Positions 23,002 to 36,552 of a DNA stretch of 64,000 nt are shown here, piece by piece. The first letter of the stretch is position 1. Each line of letters opens with the position of its first letter. The DNA is from Octopus vulgaris (Eukaryota), in assembly GCA_951406725.2 (NCBI GenBank), contig OX597824.1:59830001-59894000 (forward strand), given 5' to 3'. A program made the position numbers and the translations under genes. The notes below the pieces were generated by a model. It did no database searches and was not told the DNA's origin. It saw only the letters and a program-made list of their open reading frames with translations.

Positions 23002-26000
23002 GTCGAGCGGTTACTGTTTATATCTCGTTCAGAGATTTATTATTGCTTTGTGGATATATATATAACCACGAATGTACTCTGTATTTCTAGCACCTCGTAG
23101 CAGTTGCCAACATTTTGTATGTAGTGTACCTCTAACGAATCAAGTCCTGTAAATAAACTCTTTTCAATTATGGATCGGTTTACGTATTTGTTTACATACA
23201 CATTCCATTTTTCATCTATGTTCCATGATGTACACCTAACCACTACATTTGGTGACCCCGTCAACGAATTGCGGCCTTCCCTTGAACCAGCTTCACCAAC
23301 CGCGTCGAAGAATCACAGCTTGCACATCACCCGGCAACGAAACAACTGAGAATTCCGGCGAACACAATGGCCCTCCCAGAACTGAACCCAGCGGAAAACA
23401 CATCCTCGGTCGACATGTCATTCCAGGTAGCGATTCCTTCCACCAACCCTTTCCTTTTGTCGTCCAGTGTTTCGGAAATTTCCGACTTGCGTGCATTGGT
23501 CACTCAGCGGGCTTCACAGATACAAGCTCTATAGCGTGGAATGCAGCGTCGAAGCAGTAGCCGATCGCATCGAGATGGTAGACGATCCCGAAGCTGCCTC
23601 ACTGCTACCCGCAACTCAAATGACACGTGTTGGTACCACCGAAAATCCGTAACACGGGCACAAAAATGCCCGATACCATGCTCGTTTCATCATCTAGTTC
23701 AAGAAACGGCACAGCCAGGAGTTGAACGCGACGGAAGTTCCTGGCTCGCACCTACACAGTCACCTGTTTTTCGTTTGCGATCGGGTAACAGGCACACGTT
23801 TCCTGGTTGACACCGGCGCGGAAGTCAGCATCATCCCTGTCTCCAACACTTCAGGAAAAAGAAAAGAGACACCAGTCTGTCTTCAGGCAGTTAACCATTC
23901 ACCCATCCCAACCTACGGTGAACAGTCCCTAACACTGAACTTAGGACTACGCCGCACCTTTCAGTAGGTATTCGTCGTTGCTAAACTGCCGACCCCTATT
24001 TTAGGAGCCGATTTCCTGCATCATTTCGGTCTCCTGGTAGACATTAAAATAGACGACTTGTCGACAGCACCACAAAGCATACTGTGCGCGGTATAGCCCA
24101 GCTATATTACTCACAACAACGACTCGTCACAGTTCTATCCTGAAGGGATATCCGGACGTCGCTCGACCAGTATTCCACAACCAGCCGATCAAACACGAAG
24201 TTACCCACCACATCAAAACCAGCGGTCCACCTGTTGCTGCAAGACCCGATAAGGATGGAATTCGTCCCCTTCACGAGAAAGTCAAAACCATCGTGGATTT
24301 TCCACCACCCACATCTCTCCGCAAATTAAGGGAATATCTCGGTCTAGCGAATTTCTATCGACGGTTCGTACCCCACCTCGCTGAGATAGCGCAACCGCTC
24401 GCGGATTTGCTACGTCAGCGAACTCGCAAAAATCCGGAAATTACACTGACCGAAGATCAACTCGCCTCTTTCGCTTCCCTGAAAAAAGCGTTATCCAGCG
24501 CTACCATGTTGGTTTATCCAAAACCAGACGCCCCAGTGTTTACTCGTTGATGCATCCGATTCCGGAGTTGGAGGTGTACTACAGCAGCTTGTTGACGGCA
24601 TATGGCAACCGTTGTCCTTCTTTTCTAAGCGGTTAAAACCCGTGGAAACGAAATACAGTACATTCAGTCGGAAATTATTAGCGGCATACCTGGCCGTTAA
24701 GCATTTCCATCACATGCTAGAAGGTACCAATTTTGCCATATACACCGACCACAAGCCACTGGTATATGCATTTAACACCAAGCCGGATCGCCACTTGCCG
24801 AGAGAAATTCGCCACCTCGACTTCATATCGCAGTATACGACGGATATACGCCACATCAAAGGGATGACCAACTTAGCAGCCGATGCACTTTTACGCACGC
24901 AGATCAATGCTATCCATACCTATTTCTTTATTACCCACAAGGGGCTAAACATAGAGGAGACAAACATGGACAGACATAGGTATTAAGTCGATTATATCGA
25001 CCCCAGTGCTTAACTGGTACTTAATTTATCGACCCCGAAAGGATGAAAGGCAAAGTCGACCTCGGCGGAATTTGAACTCACAACGTAACGGCAGCCGAAA
25101 TACCGCTAAGCATTTCGCCCGACGTGCTAACGATTCTGCTAGCTCGCCGCCTGCTATCCATACTCGATTCTGCTATCCATACCACGGCTACAATTGATCT
25201 GGCACGTATAGCAGCTGACCAGGAGAATGACGAAGAACTGTTAAAGCTCCGGAATTCGTCATCTCTGAAATTTCAGCATGTTCCGCTACCATCATCCACG
25301 ACCCATATTTGGTGTGATATTTCCACTGGTCACTAACGCTCTTATGTACCACAGAAACATCGTCGAGAAGTCTTCTCCGCTCTGCATTCTTTGTCACATC
25401 CTTGTATTCGCTCTACTCAAAAGCTGATATGTGTAGACCAGTATCAACAAGCATATCAGAGAATGGACCAAGTGCTGTGTTGCGTGCCAAAAAGCGAAAA
25501 TCTACCGTCACATAAAAATCACCAATCGGTTCCTTTTCGCAACCCGACGCACGATTTCAGCACGTTCACATTGACATCGTGGGACCTCTGCCACCTTCGC
25601 AGAATTATACACTTTTGCTCACCTGCGTAGATCGTTTTTCGCGATGGCCCGAAACCTGGCCCTTATCTGATACATCGGCAGAAACGGTCGCCAAAATGCT
25701 GACATCACAATGGGTTTCGCGTTTTGGCACACCCGCAACAATCACCACCGACAGAGGATGTCAGTTCGATTCCCACCTCTTCACCGAGCTGACTCGTCTC
25801 CTCGGGTGTAAACACACCCGCACAACGGCTTACCACCCTGCAGCAAATGGCATGGTCGAACGTTTTCACCGCCAACTCAAGGCATCTATAAAAGCAGCTT
25901 CGGACAGTTCTCACTGGCTGGAACATCTCCCTCCCATCCTCCTTAGTATTCGATCCACGGTTAAGGAAGAACTTGGATATACTCCGGCTGAACTCGTCTA

Positions 26001-26400
26001 TGGCACAGCACTCACCTTTCCTGGGCAGGTGATCGAACCTGTTTCATCACAAGACCTTCCTGACCCAGCACAATATGTGCACCGATTACGGACATCCATG
26101 TCGCATTTATCACCTGCAGGCCCCAGACAACAGAACGTCGTTTCACGTATCCCAAAAGCCATCAACACTTGGACTCATGTTTTCGTGAGGAATGATGGGA
26201 TACCATCTCAACTTCGGCTACCATATTCCGGGCCCTACAAGGTTATCAAAAGAGAACCCAAGTATTTCGTTCTCGATATTGGAGGTAAACGAAATACGGT
26301 ATCGATTGATCGTTTGAAACAAGCCTTCATCGAGGAGGACTTACATTCAGTTCCCTCCTTTCCTCGAACGGACTCACCAACTCCAGCAAACACCACAGAC
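23001..26400 (+). mobile_element. Ty3/Gypsy LTR retrotransposon remnant (5' LTR, PBS, protease, RNase H, integrase; RT core deleted; no 3' LTR seen)
   Basis: Putative LTR ending CA at 23247; PBS TGGTGACCCCG (tRNA-Trp type) at 23250; protease FLVDTGAEVS; RNase H DAS...FFSKRL...YTDHKPL; integrase [23 protein letters not shown]; GPY/F motif. Confidence 0.9.
24920..25151 (-). mobile_element. SINE inserted into Gypsy pol
   Basis: GGCGGCGAGCT...GAGTTCAAATTCC head with GCCTTTCATCCTTTCGGGGTCGATAAA core; 12-bp TSD TGCTATCCATAC at 24908-24919 and 25152-25163. Confidence 0.9.
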
Positions 26401-26699
26401 GAAAAAAAAGGAAAACAAAAACGTTGTTCCACGTCAACGAAAAACTGTCTGTATGAACATTTACTGAACATTTCACAAACGAACTTTTTCGATGAACATT
26501 TCTTTCATTTTTTGTATGTACATATGTTTTGCTTTCTCTTTAAAATGTTTTGCCTTCTTGTAAAAATATTTTGCTACCTGTATGCTTACACACACTTACA
26601 ACAGTCACATTCTCATGTGTGCTACTACCCGATCTTTTGCGCCACTGAAAGGCACCTTGCCTCTATTAGACCTCTAGTGGACCGAGTAATCAATAGACG

Positions 26700-29325
26700 C
26701 ACATCTCTTTCAACGCGCCAACATGTTTCTGCCTGGGCACATCTATGTATTGCCCACCATATAGCACACACCAACAGTAAACCTTTGCTTCATATTTTTA
26801 TATCCCAGCGATTAAATAATTTAACTAATTTATCATATTTATACCCTTGTTCTACAAAATGTCTCAACTGTTTATTTATTCTTTACAAAAATCTATTCCT
26901 ATTATTTATAATAGTGCCATACCTGATAATCTGGCCTGAAAAAACACCATAACCTGTAAAAGAAGGAATTCTGCTGCTAAACCATAGCATTGAAGCTACT
27001 TGGAAACCCAAATTTTCTGTTTTATTATAAATGTTAGTACGTCACATTATTATCCTTAATTAATAAACTGGCATCTAAATAATTAATATCCTTTGTATTA
27101 TTACCATCTCTGGTGGCCTTAAGCTCACTATGGTATATTTTTATAAATAAAAATTCAAAGAAACCATAATTAAGTATAAATATATAATCTGTGTATCTAC
27201 AGCATCCATTAAGTTGTTTAAGCAAACCAAGTTTTCTCCTCGCACATGTCTTTAAGAAAAGGAACTTGCATGAAGAAAGATAAAGGTCCACCAATAGAGG
27301 GCTACAATTACCACCCCTTGGAATTCCTCTAACCTGCTCAAACACCCTTACCGCAAACACTACAAATGAATTATTAATAATAAAACTAACGATCTCTTTC
27401 ATCTTTCTCTTATTTATATTAGTATATTCCTTATAACAACAACTAGGCAAGAAACCTTTAGCATTATTTATAGATATACATTTATATCCTTTATTAAATA
27501 TATCTAATACACTAAAAATACATTCTTCTACACATTTAAGATTTAAGTTTGTATATAGCATCGAAATATTGTACACATACATACTCTTCACCTTTTAGCA
27601 TTTAATCATTGTTTCCAGAAATTTCTTAGTTGATCTAATACTCCAAAAATAATTAATTCCCGAACTGCTATAAATTTTATCACAATATTTTTTTTAATAT
27701 GTTCTAACTGCTTTTAAAACATCATTAACCAATATAGATAGCTGTTTATTTGTACAATTACTAGTTCCTGCTATGAATCTACTTTTAAAAGGAGCCTTAT
27801 GCAGTTTAGGCATCCAAAAGTTTAGGGATATTTTTATCCTTTTCTTCCACTTCTAAATCACTCAATCTTTCAACTGTGGATATAAGTCTATTAACTATCT
27901 CATTAACATTTTCCTGTATAACTCTGTATGCGTTATTACCTTATAGCTTAAATTCTTTATCTACTCCTAACTCCTTTCCTACAACCATCATATGATATTT
28001 TTTACAAATTATGACAAAATACCCTGCTACTTTATAAACTGGCACTATCACATATTTTTTATGTAATTCATTTATATACTCTTTAACTAGTGGTTTATTC
28101 AAAACTGAATATTTCCCTATCCACTTATTATATTTCTTTATATACTTAAATACCACGTAAGTTAATTTGTTGACCCGCCTATTGAACTCCTCCGATTTAA
28201 CTTTATATTTGAGACTTAATTTAACAATGAAATCATTAATGGCTTTTAATATAACTTTCGTTAGATTATATTTACTAATTTTACCTTGTCCTTTATATTT
28301 TGTCCCTTTGCTCATATCTCCCTTAGTTCCTCATTTTTAATATCTAAATTATCTCTATAAACATGCCCTATTTCTTTATAACAAAATTCCGAATTATTAC
28401 ATTTGCAATCTCCTATATCTATTTCTTTAAAACTTTCGAGACTAACTTTTGATAGGAGCTCATTATAATTAAATAAGGTACTACTTATCTTCTTACCAAG
28501 CTTAAAACAAATTCTGATATTTATATGTCTAACATTTTCTGACAAAAAGTTTTCGGCTTTTTTATTTCTAATTACATTACTTAAATTAGCATCATCAATG
28601 AAATTATTAACATACGGTATCTTTAAATATTCAACTTTAACATTATTGACTTTCACTTTAGCCGTTTATATTAACCTATTACAAAAACTATCCACTAAAA
28701 AACTAACTTCAGAAAACTCTCTATGGTATATATCCATTGTTTCTTTAAGTTATGCTTAAGGACACTCTCTTAACATTACATAACAACCATAATATTCTTT
28801 CTTTATATATAAATCATTAAGTTTAGCCCAAACCAGTGAAACATCCTTTCTAACCTCATTTCTATTCTTAATCCAACGTGCATGGCTAGGTTTCCTCCTA
28901 ACAACTAGTTTTGAGAAATATATTCCTCCTGTATCATTATTACTAGATATGTTCCCCACACCTAAAATTTTATCATTAAGGCCTAGAGGGTATATGCTAC
29001 ATAATACCTTAGTCCAAAATCACTCTTCTAAAAGTTTCTGTCTTACATTATCCACACTGCTATTTATTTGACCAATTATTTGAATTTTACAATTTTTAAA
29101 CCCTAATCTAAAGTGTAAATTTTAAGTTTACTACCAAATTTAAATGCTTGTATCTGACCATTGAGACGTTGATGTAATTCCTGAGTATTTTGTCCTACAT
29201 TCTGTACATTACATTCATCGCAGCTAATCAAATAAATTACATTGCTTGATTTACAATTTAACTGTAAATTATTATTAATAATAAACTTCTTACCTGTAAT
29301 CTTACCACTAAAAGCTTTATCTACA
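26700..29325 (-). mobile_element. Naiad-type PLE (GIY-YIG endonuclease N-terminal to RT), degenerate
   Basis: 5' part: NCKSSNVIYLISCDECNVQNVGQN.QELHQRLNG. Then WMPKLHKAPFKSRFIAGTSNC (about 27750-27818), SMLYT, QVRGIPRGGNCSPLLVDLYL, RYTD, YLD and [11 protein letters not shown]. Confidence 0.85.
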
Positions 29326-29379
29326 AATACACACGCGCACGCACACACACACACAAACACATACACACATATATATATA

Positions 29380-29900
29380 TAAGAATTTATTGGCGTAATG
29401 AACATTCATGTATAAGTATATAGATATTTATATATTTACAGAACAAATTTACATGATGTACAAAAAATACGGAAAATTAAGAGGAGAGTGTATGGTATTT
29501 CAGGTCCTACAGCTGTTTCTGGGATTTCGGAATTATGTAATAGTTATATTGTTGGCAGATGGAGCGTGCAAGAAGTCAAGGTTATGCAACCAGTAGTGGG
29601 TACATATAAACGTTACCGTTAATCTGGCCTTCGTTTTCAGGTTGGAGAGACTGGCATCTAACATTTCAGATTACAATACAGGGAATTTAAGGGTAGAATG
29701 GGTGAAAAAGAAAGCAAATAGAAGTTGATGGAAGGAGGAAGAAGGGGAGATGGCAATGCTGAAGTAGAGGAAGGATAAGACGAGCTAGGAGAGGCAGAGC
29801 AGGGAGGGTGTGAACAACCAAGAGAAGTGGAAGTGGTGAGTCGAGAGATAAGTAAGAAGAGATGAGATGCTAAGGGTGGCATCGTTGTTGGATATGTTAA
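29380..29900 (-). mobile_element. PLE terminal fragments with a partial hammerhead
   Basis: Minus GAAACAGCTGTA at 29508-29519 without an upstream CUGANGA; sits between microsatellites. Confidence 0.4.
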
Positions 29901-29905
29901 CAACA

Positions 29906-30038
<133 letters not shown>

Positions 30039-30045
30039 GTGTGTG

Positions 30046-30076
<31 letters not shown>

Positions 30077-30143
30077 GAATTTTTTTGCTTAATAAGATAA
30101 AAAACCAAGGCTGTATAGATATTAGAGCATTTATAGATAGAAG

Positions 30144-30195
30144 GTCTTACAGCTGTTTCTAGGCTATTAATTAATAATATCTCTTCATCGGAGAC
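30144..30195 (-). ncRNA. Minimal hammerhead ribozyme motif
   Basis: GTCT-CCGATGA-A-stem II-GAAA-CAGCTG-TA-AGAC; palindromic ACAGCTGT stem III. Confidence 0.7.
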
Positions 30196-30485
30196 GGTGT
30201 GAGAGGAAAAATTAAGTCATAGTTAGTTTCGATGTGATACAAATGGAGAGCTGAGGTGGAGGATAGAAAATAGATGTAAGATATGTATGGGTATTAATTT
30301 CGTAAATCCGTTTTATAGGCATAATGGTATATATGCAATATTCTAATATCCTTTGAGTAAAATCCAAAAGTCCAACAGAGTTTAATATGAGTCCATCCAA
30401 ATATAGAGTTTTTCTTTCCTCCACACCTCACTCTCCATTTGTATCACATCAAAACTAACAGTGACTTAATTTTTCCTCTCACACC

Positions 30486-30537
30486 GTCTCCGATGAAGGG
30501 ATATTATTAATTAATATCCTAGAAACAGATGTAAGAC
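30486..30537 (+). ncRNA. Minimal hammerhead ribozyme motif
   Basis: GTCT-CCGATGA-AG-GGATATTA-TTAAT-TAATATCC-TA-GAAA-CAGATG-TA-AGAC. Confidence 0.7.
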
Positions 30538-30742
30538 CTTCTATCTATAAATGCTCTAATATCTAAATAGCCTTGGTTTTTTATCTCATTACGCAAAAAA
30601 TTCTTATATACACACGCCGACATAGAACCAACGTTGAACGCTTTATTCGCAATATTACTGAATCTGGAACTTAACTATGGTCTGTCTATAGCACTAATTC
30701 AGCATTACCTGACACCTTTGGGTCTCAATGACACCATTATCT

Positions 30743-30817
<75 letters not shown>

Positions 30818-31482
30818 TTGGTGCAGTCTATATATATGTCTATGCAATATGTATGTGTATTAGAAATTTTTTTATTACCAAAATACAGAAAAGCATTCGT
30901 TATTCTAAAAATGATCCAATATAACAATAACCCTTTTCAGTTGTCAAGGCATACAGAATTCCACTGACCACTGGACTGCTGGTAAGAGGGAAGGCAAGGC
31001 AGCGGTGAAGGTGACAAGACGTACATTAAGTTTAACAGACTTTAACTGTTCTTGGTTGTTGGCTCGGTTACACTAGTGCTAAAGAGACCTCAGATTCCAA
31101 CCGTATATGTCTGCGCGTGTTTCTATGTGCGTATATATACATATAAAATACCATACCCTCCCCACTTAGTTTTCTATATTTTTGTGCACCATGTAAATCT
31201 GTTCTCTAAGTATATAAATATCTATATGTTTATACACACACACGCACATATGCATATGTCTGTGCTTGCGTATTAATGTCTGTTTTTATGTTTAGTCATA
31301 ATAAAAATATTACGGAGATGTACTCGCATAGCAAGTAATTTGATCTGAGATCGTGTGCTGAAACGAAAACAATTGCAGCGTGGAAGGTGTTTATAAGCCA
31401 TTTAAGAAACACCTTCCACGCTGCAATAATAAAAATAGTTTTACATTAATCTGAAGGGTTACTTCGTACTTTCGTATGAAGT

Positions 31483-31745
31483 GTAGAGGCGCGTGGCTTA
31501 GTGGTTAGGGTGTCAGTATCATGATCGTAAGATTGTGGTTTTGATTCCTGGACCAGGCGAAGCGTTGTGTTCTTGAGCAAAACACTTCATTTCACGTTGC
31601 TCCAGTCCACTCAGCTGGCAAAAATGAGTAACGCTGCGATGGACTGGCGTCCCGTCCAGCTGGGGAACACATACTCCATTGAAACCGGGAAACCGGGCCC
31701 ATGAGCCTGGCTAAGCTTTAAAAGGGCGCATTTATTTATTTATTT
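31483..31745 (+). mobile_element. tRNA-derived SINE
   Basis: A box TGGCTTAGTGG, B-box-like GGTTTTGATTCC, (ATTT)n tail; TSD GTATGAAGT at 31474-31482 and 31746-31754. Confidence 0.88.
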
Positions 31746-31849
31746 GTATGAAGTAGCACTTCATCCGATAACAGCCTAGCTGGTCGAAACTTCGAAGTTA
31801 GTATCAATACTATTCTTGATAAAGAATAATATATATTTTTTCGAAGTGT

Positions 31850-31881
<32 letters not shown>

Positions 31882-31894
31882 ACCTTTTATCATT

Positions 31895-32270
31895 TAGTTG
31901 TTTCTGTTATTAGACTGAATGGGGCACTGCCTTGAAAAATTTTGTCAAACTTATCGACCTCAGTGCTTATTTTTTGTAAAAGCTGGTACTTATTCTGTTG
32001 GTCTCTAACAGAACTACGGGGACGTAAACACACCAGCACCGGTTGTCAAGCGGCCGTGAAGAACAGACATACAAAGTCAGACACACACACACACACACAC
32101 AAACGCATACACACACACATATACGACGGACTTCTTTCAATTTCCGCCTACCAAATCCACTCACAGGGCTTTGGTCAGCTCGAGGGTACAGTAGAAGACA
32201 TTGTCCAAGGTGCCACGTAGTGGGACTGAACCCGGAACCATGTAGTTAGGAATCAAACTTCTTACGCCTA
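31895..32270 (-). mobile_element. Bipartite SINE with internal (CA)n
   Basis: tRNA-like head (GGGTTCAGTCCCACT) plus LINE-like tail. Family also at about 32860-33030, 42995-43220, 45120-45278, 48143-48290, 53222-53385, 62930-63115 and 63435-63600. Confidence 0.7.
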
Positions 32271-33595
32271 CGAGTGTGCTATCCTGGTTTTTTTCCCCAT
32301 ATTTCTCTTTAAAATACTAATATTTTAATGAAATTTACAGGAGATACGTTTTAGATAGAGTAGATTACACCTGTGTCTGAAAAAGTTGTAAAAGATTTGT
32401 TTTGTTTGTTTTTTGCATGATGGCTGCTCTTTCAGATAATTTGTCTCACATCGAACTTAGCCTCTTTATAACGATCTTAAAATTTCTTGTTTAATGAAAT
32501 TTTCTAGTAACACGTTTTCGAGAGTATAGATTACAAATGAAATTTATTTTATTCTATTTTTATTTTTATTTTTTATTTTCAAATTTGATAAAGATGATGG
32601 TAATCTGAACATTCGGAAATGTATCCCTTGGAAATTTCAATAATAATTATGGATTTAAGAGTCTGCTGGGAAAGAGAGTTTGATCTACCTGCCAAAATTT
32701 TTTCAGTCCTTGTTTTTTTCAAACATAATCGTTATGTACATCATCTCAAATTTAGTTCCGAAAAATTTGATTTTAAAAATATGAACTTCTAAGAAAGTTA
32801 AAGGCAAAACAAAGTTGCGTACGACACACTATAATAGTTATGTCATGTGTGTGTGTGTGTGTGTGGTGTTCACATCCCCGTAATTTAGCGGTTCGTCCTA
32901 ATAGAATGATAGAAAAAGTACCAGGCTTTAAAAATACAAAGTAAGTACTAGAGTCGATTCGTCCAGCTAAAATTCTTCAAGCCGGTGCCCCAGCATGGCA
33001 GCAGTCTAATTTCTGAAGCAAGTAAAAGATAAAAGATGTATATAACATATATACAGCTGTCCGATGATGGAGAGCGTGTCTTTAATTCGAAATCACTTTC
33101 GCTCTTTTCCTTGCAAAACTTTATATACATACAAACACGCATGCACTTCCTAGGACACATCTTAAATAGCCTTTACAATTTGGCCTGAGAATTCATTACA
33201 GCTACGTAACATTGTACATACATATATATACATACAGACAGACATACACCTACGTGCATACAAACATGTATACATGCACACTTAAATACTTATGAATGAC
33301 TGCCTCTGTATGTGCGTGTGCGCGCGCGTGTCTGTGTGTGTGTGTGTGTGTAGTCATGAATATATAAGTAAAGAGCATTCATACTTACATGAGATGAGTT
33401 TTTCAAATGGAATACAGCACTTGCTTTCTGTTTATATATATAAATGTGTATGTGCATGTGTATGCGTGTGTGTATTTAGTTTTATATATATATATATAAA
33501 TATATATATATATTTATATATATATATACATATATATGTATATATTTGTGTGTATGTGTATATATATAAATACATATATATATATATATACTTGC

Positions 33596-33649
<54 letters not shown>

Positions 33650-33708
33650 CTTATATATTTAAATGTATTTATTCTAGTTGCATAATTCTGTGCATGTGCA
33701 TGTGTAGC

Positions 33709-33775
<67 letters not shown>

Positions 33776-34149
33776 ATACATACACACATACACAACGAAT
33801 TATATCCAGCAAAACAAGTCAATCTTTCGACACTTTACACTGAAAATAGGACATTAATCAATGTATTTGAATACTTAGCACTCATTGTCCTGTATAAAAA
33901 CATGAGTAATTCACATACATAAATGTAGGCTGTCTGTGAATGTAGTATGTGTGTCTGAATGTCTACATTGTAAATGTTAATATTTCACAATGAATGTTTT
34001 TATGACATTTGTTTTGTGAAATAGCAGCCAAATCTCCCTCAAGCTACACCTAGTGAAGGAAGGAGATGAAGAAATACAAAATGTTCAAATGGAATGACAT
34101 TGGCAATCTTTCCATCTTCCTGTCTCCACTTCTCTTTTTCTCCCACCTT

Positions 34150-36552
34150 CTCGCTCTTTTTCACTCTCTTTCTCGGTTCGCTGCGTCTATCGAGGCCGGA
34201 TGCGGAATCTTGTGAGGCGCCGATCACAGCCACAGAAGTCGAGGATGTGTTGGCAGACCGCAGCGGAGACAAATCGCCGGGACTCGATGGTATGTCATAT
34301 GAACTCTATAGTAGTATGCCAGACTTGTTTGGGCACCTACTTGCATGCGTGTACACCAACTGGCAGAAGAACGGGAGAATTCCTAAGTCTGTGAGCCGAG
34401 GGGTGGTAGTGCTGTTAAGAAAGGACCCAAACAAGGGGGATTTAATTGATAATTTTCGGCCCATCACTCTGCTTAACGCAGAGTTGAAGATTTTGGCCAA
34501 GGTCTTAGCAAAAAGGTTGGCGCGGGTCGTGGGTGAACTTCTTGGCGAGGCGCAAACTTGCGCCATCCCTGAAAGGACCATCCACGACAATCTCCACTTT
34601 CTACGCTATGCCTTAGAAAGGGTAAATAGGATTCCTGACAAGGGTGGGGCAATGGTCCACTTGGACCAATCGAAAGCGTTTGATAGAGTGGACCATCAGT
34701 ATCTGGCAGCGGTCCTCGCAACGGCTGACTTCGGCCTGACCTTCCGCGGATGGATCAACGTTTTATACAGCAACATCGAATCGGTAGTTCGGGTGAACGG
34801 TATCATTTCGGAGCCGTTCCGCATTGAACGTTCAGTACGTCAAGGGTGCCCTCTCTCCCCGCTTCTCTTCGTTTTGACCGTTGAGCCGTTGCTGAGGAGG
34901 TTAGAAACTATGAGGGGCCCTCCGCAAGATCTAGGATGCGGAAAGTCAGCTTCGGCGTATGCGGACGACATCACCGTCATTGTATCCCGAGTCGAGCACT
35001 TACAGTGGGTGGGTGAGGCCTTAAGAGATTACGAAGCGTTAGCAGGAGCGAAAGTCAACCAGGATAAATCGGTCGGTTTGCAACTCGGCACCTGGAGGGG
35101 CAAGTCGATGTCTTCCGACAGCGTCGTAGGACTTTGGACGGAAGGGCCGATGAAAATGCTTGGAATCTGGTTAGGTCCAGATCTCCAGATAGAGAAGAAT
35201 TGGGGCGAGGTGGCAAGAAAGGTGGCTCTCCTAACTGGTCTGAGCGGAAGCTGTCCTTGAAAGAGAGGGCGGAGGTTGCAGAGGTGTTTATCGCCTCTGT
35301 AATCACTTACCGCCTGACCGTCGTGCCTTGCCCACATTCGTGGCTGAACAAGCTGGAACGCATGCTCTTTCGCTTTTTGTGGAGGGGCAGCAGACCTCTT
35401 GCAAGGCGTTCTATTTGCTGCCAAAAGCCGCTGAAGGGTGGGTTAGGGATGCCGTGGCTAAAAATGCGCAGACATGCGCTCAGGCTTAGGCACCTCTGGC
35501 TTTACCTGGACGGTGAGCAAGTGTGGTCTCCGTTCGTCAAGCTGTTATTTCCACAGTTCACATCGTTTACCAAACTGAACCCATGGATCAAGTGTAGACC
35601 GAGTTTGGGCGTGTAGCATGTAGAGTGCTATCAGGCACTCGTGCTTCTCTCCCAGTCGGGCAATGCCGGTGGCGGGGGGTACTACCTCGTTCTTCTATAG
35701 AGGGTTAGTAGAGTTTAAGTGTGACGACGTCCAGGGAGAAACCCTGGGCTTCGACGAAGAACAACTGGCCAGCCTATTCCAAAGAACATTCGGTCCGGGG
35801 CCTATGGATAATTACCAAAAGTCCCTGGCCTGGCAATGTTACAGAGGCGCTTTACCGGTTCGAGATAAGCTCTTTAGACATGGGTGTGCACCTTCGCCGG
35901 TTTGTGCAAGATGTGAGAGGGACAGTGAAACTGTCCTGCACGCAATTGTGCAATGCCCCAAGGTGACTGAACTCTGGGCTTATGTCGAACACCTGCTGTC
36001 GCATTCGAGAAGAGTACAACTGTCGAGCGAATCTGTAATTAAGATCGTTCCGCCGACCTCCCTGAATAGGGAGGAGCGAGCCTGTTTTCTCTCGGTAGTT
36101 GCTGTGGCGAAAGAAGTAGTATGGAAGACGAGAGTGAAAGGAATTGCAACAGGCATGTTTATCTCCAGTCTCGAGCTAATCGACTTTTTCGTTTTCCACA
36201 TGAAACGGAAAATAAGGCTGGAGAAGAAATGCCTGTCGCAAAGTGTTTCGTAAAAGATGGAAGTATATAGCAAGTAAGTATGTTGCGAGTGAAAGAATCT
36301 GTTTAAACGAAAATGTAAAAAAGGAGAAAGCAATGTCTTCAGTGTGAGTATGGGGTTTGTGGGGTCCACCGCGTCTTCCACTTCATTTTTTGTTAATCAC
36401 TCATTCTCATTTAATCTCTTATTATATTGTATATATTTTAATTGTTTGTTTATTCATACGTTTCGTCTCGTTCGATACCCTGACCCCAACGTTTGTTTTG
36501 TCTGTCCCCGTATTGACCCCTCTTTTTCTAAACCTTATGGTGAATAAAGACA
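34150..36552 (+). mobile_element. 5'-truncated L1/Tx1-clade LINE ORF2 (RT plus zinc finger), frameshifted
   Basis: KSPGLDG, NFRPITLLN, LDQSKAFDRVDH, VRQGCPLSPLL, YADD, GGLG, CARC..ETVLH...C; AATAAA at 36543. Confidence 0.92.

Larger units (their letters stand above)
30076..30606. mobile_element. Head-to-head inverted PLE pseudo-LTR pair, each arm with a hammerhead
   Basis: 30076-30270 is an inverted copy of 30410-30606. Confidence 0.8.

Noticed and set aside
25579-26952. 457-aa ORF as an integrase fused to a hydrophobic tail
   Set aside because: Beyond about 26400 the frame reads through into unrelated sequence and the antisense strand of the Naiad PLE; chance fusion.
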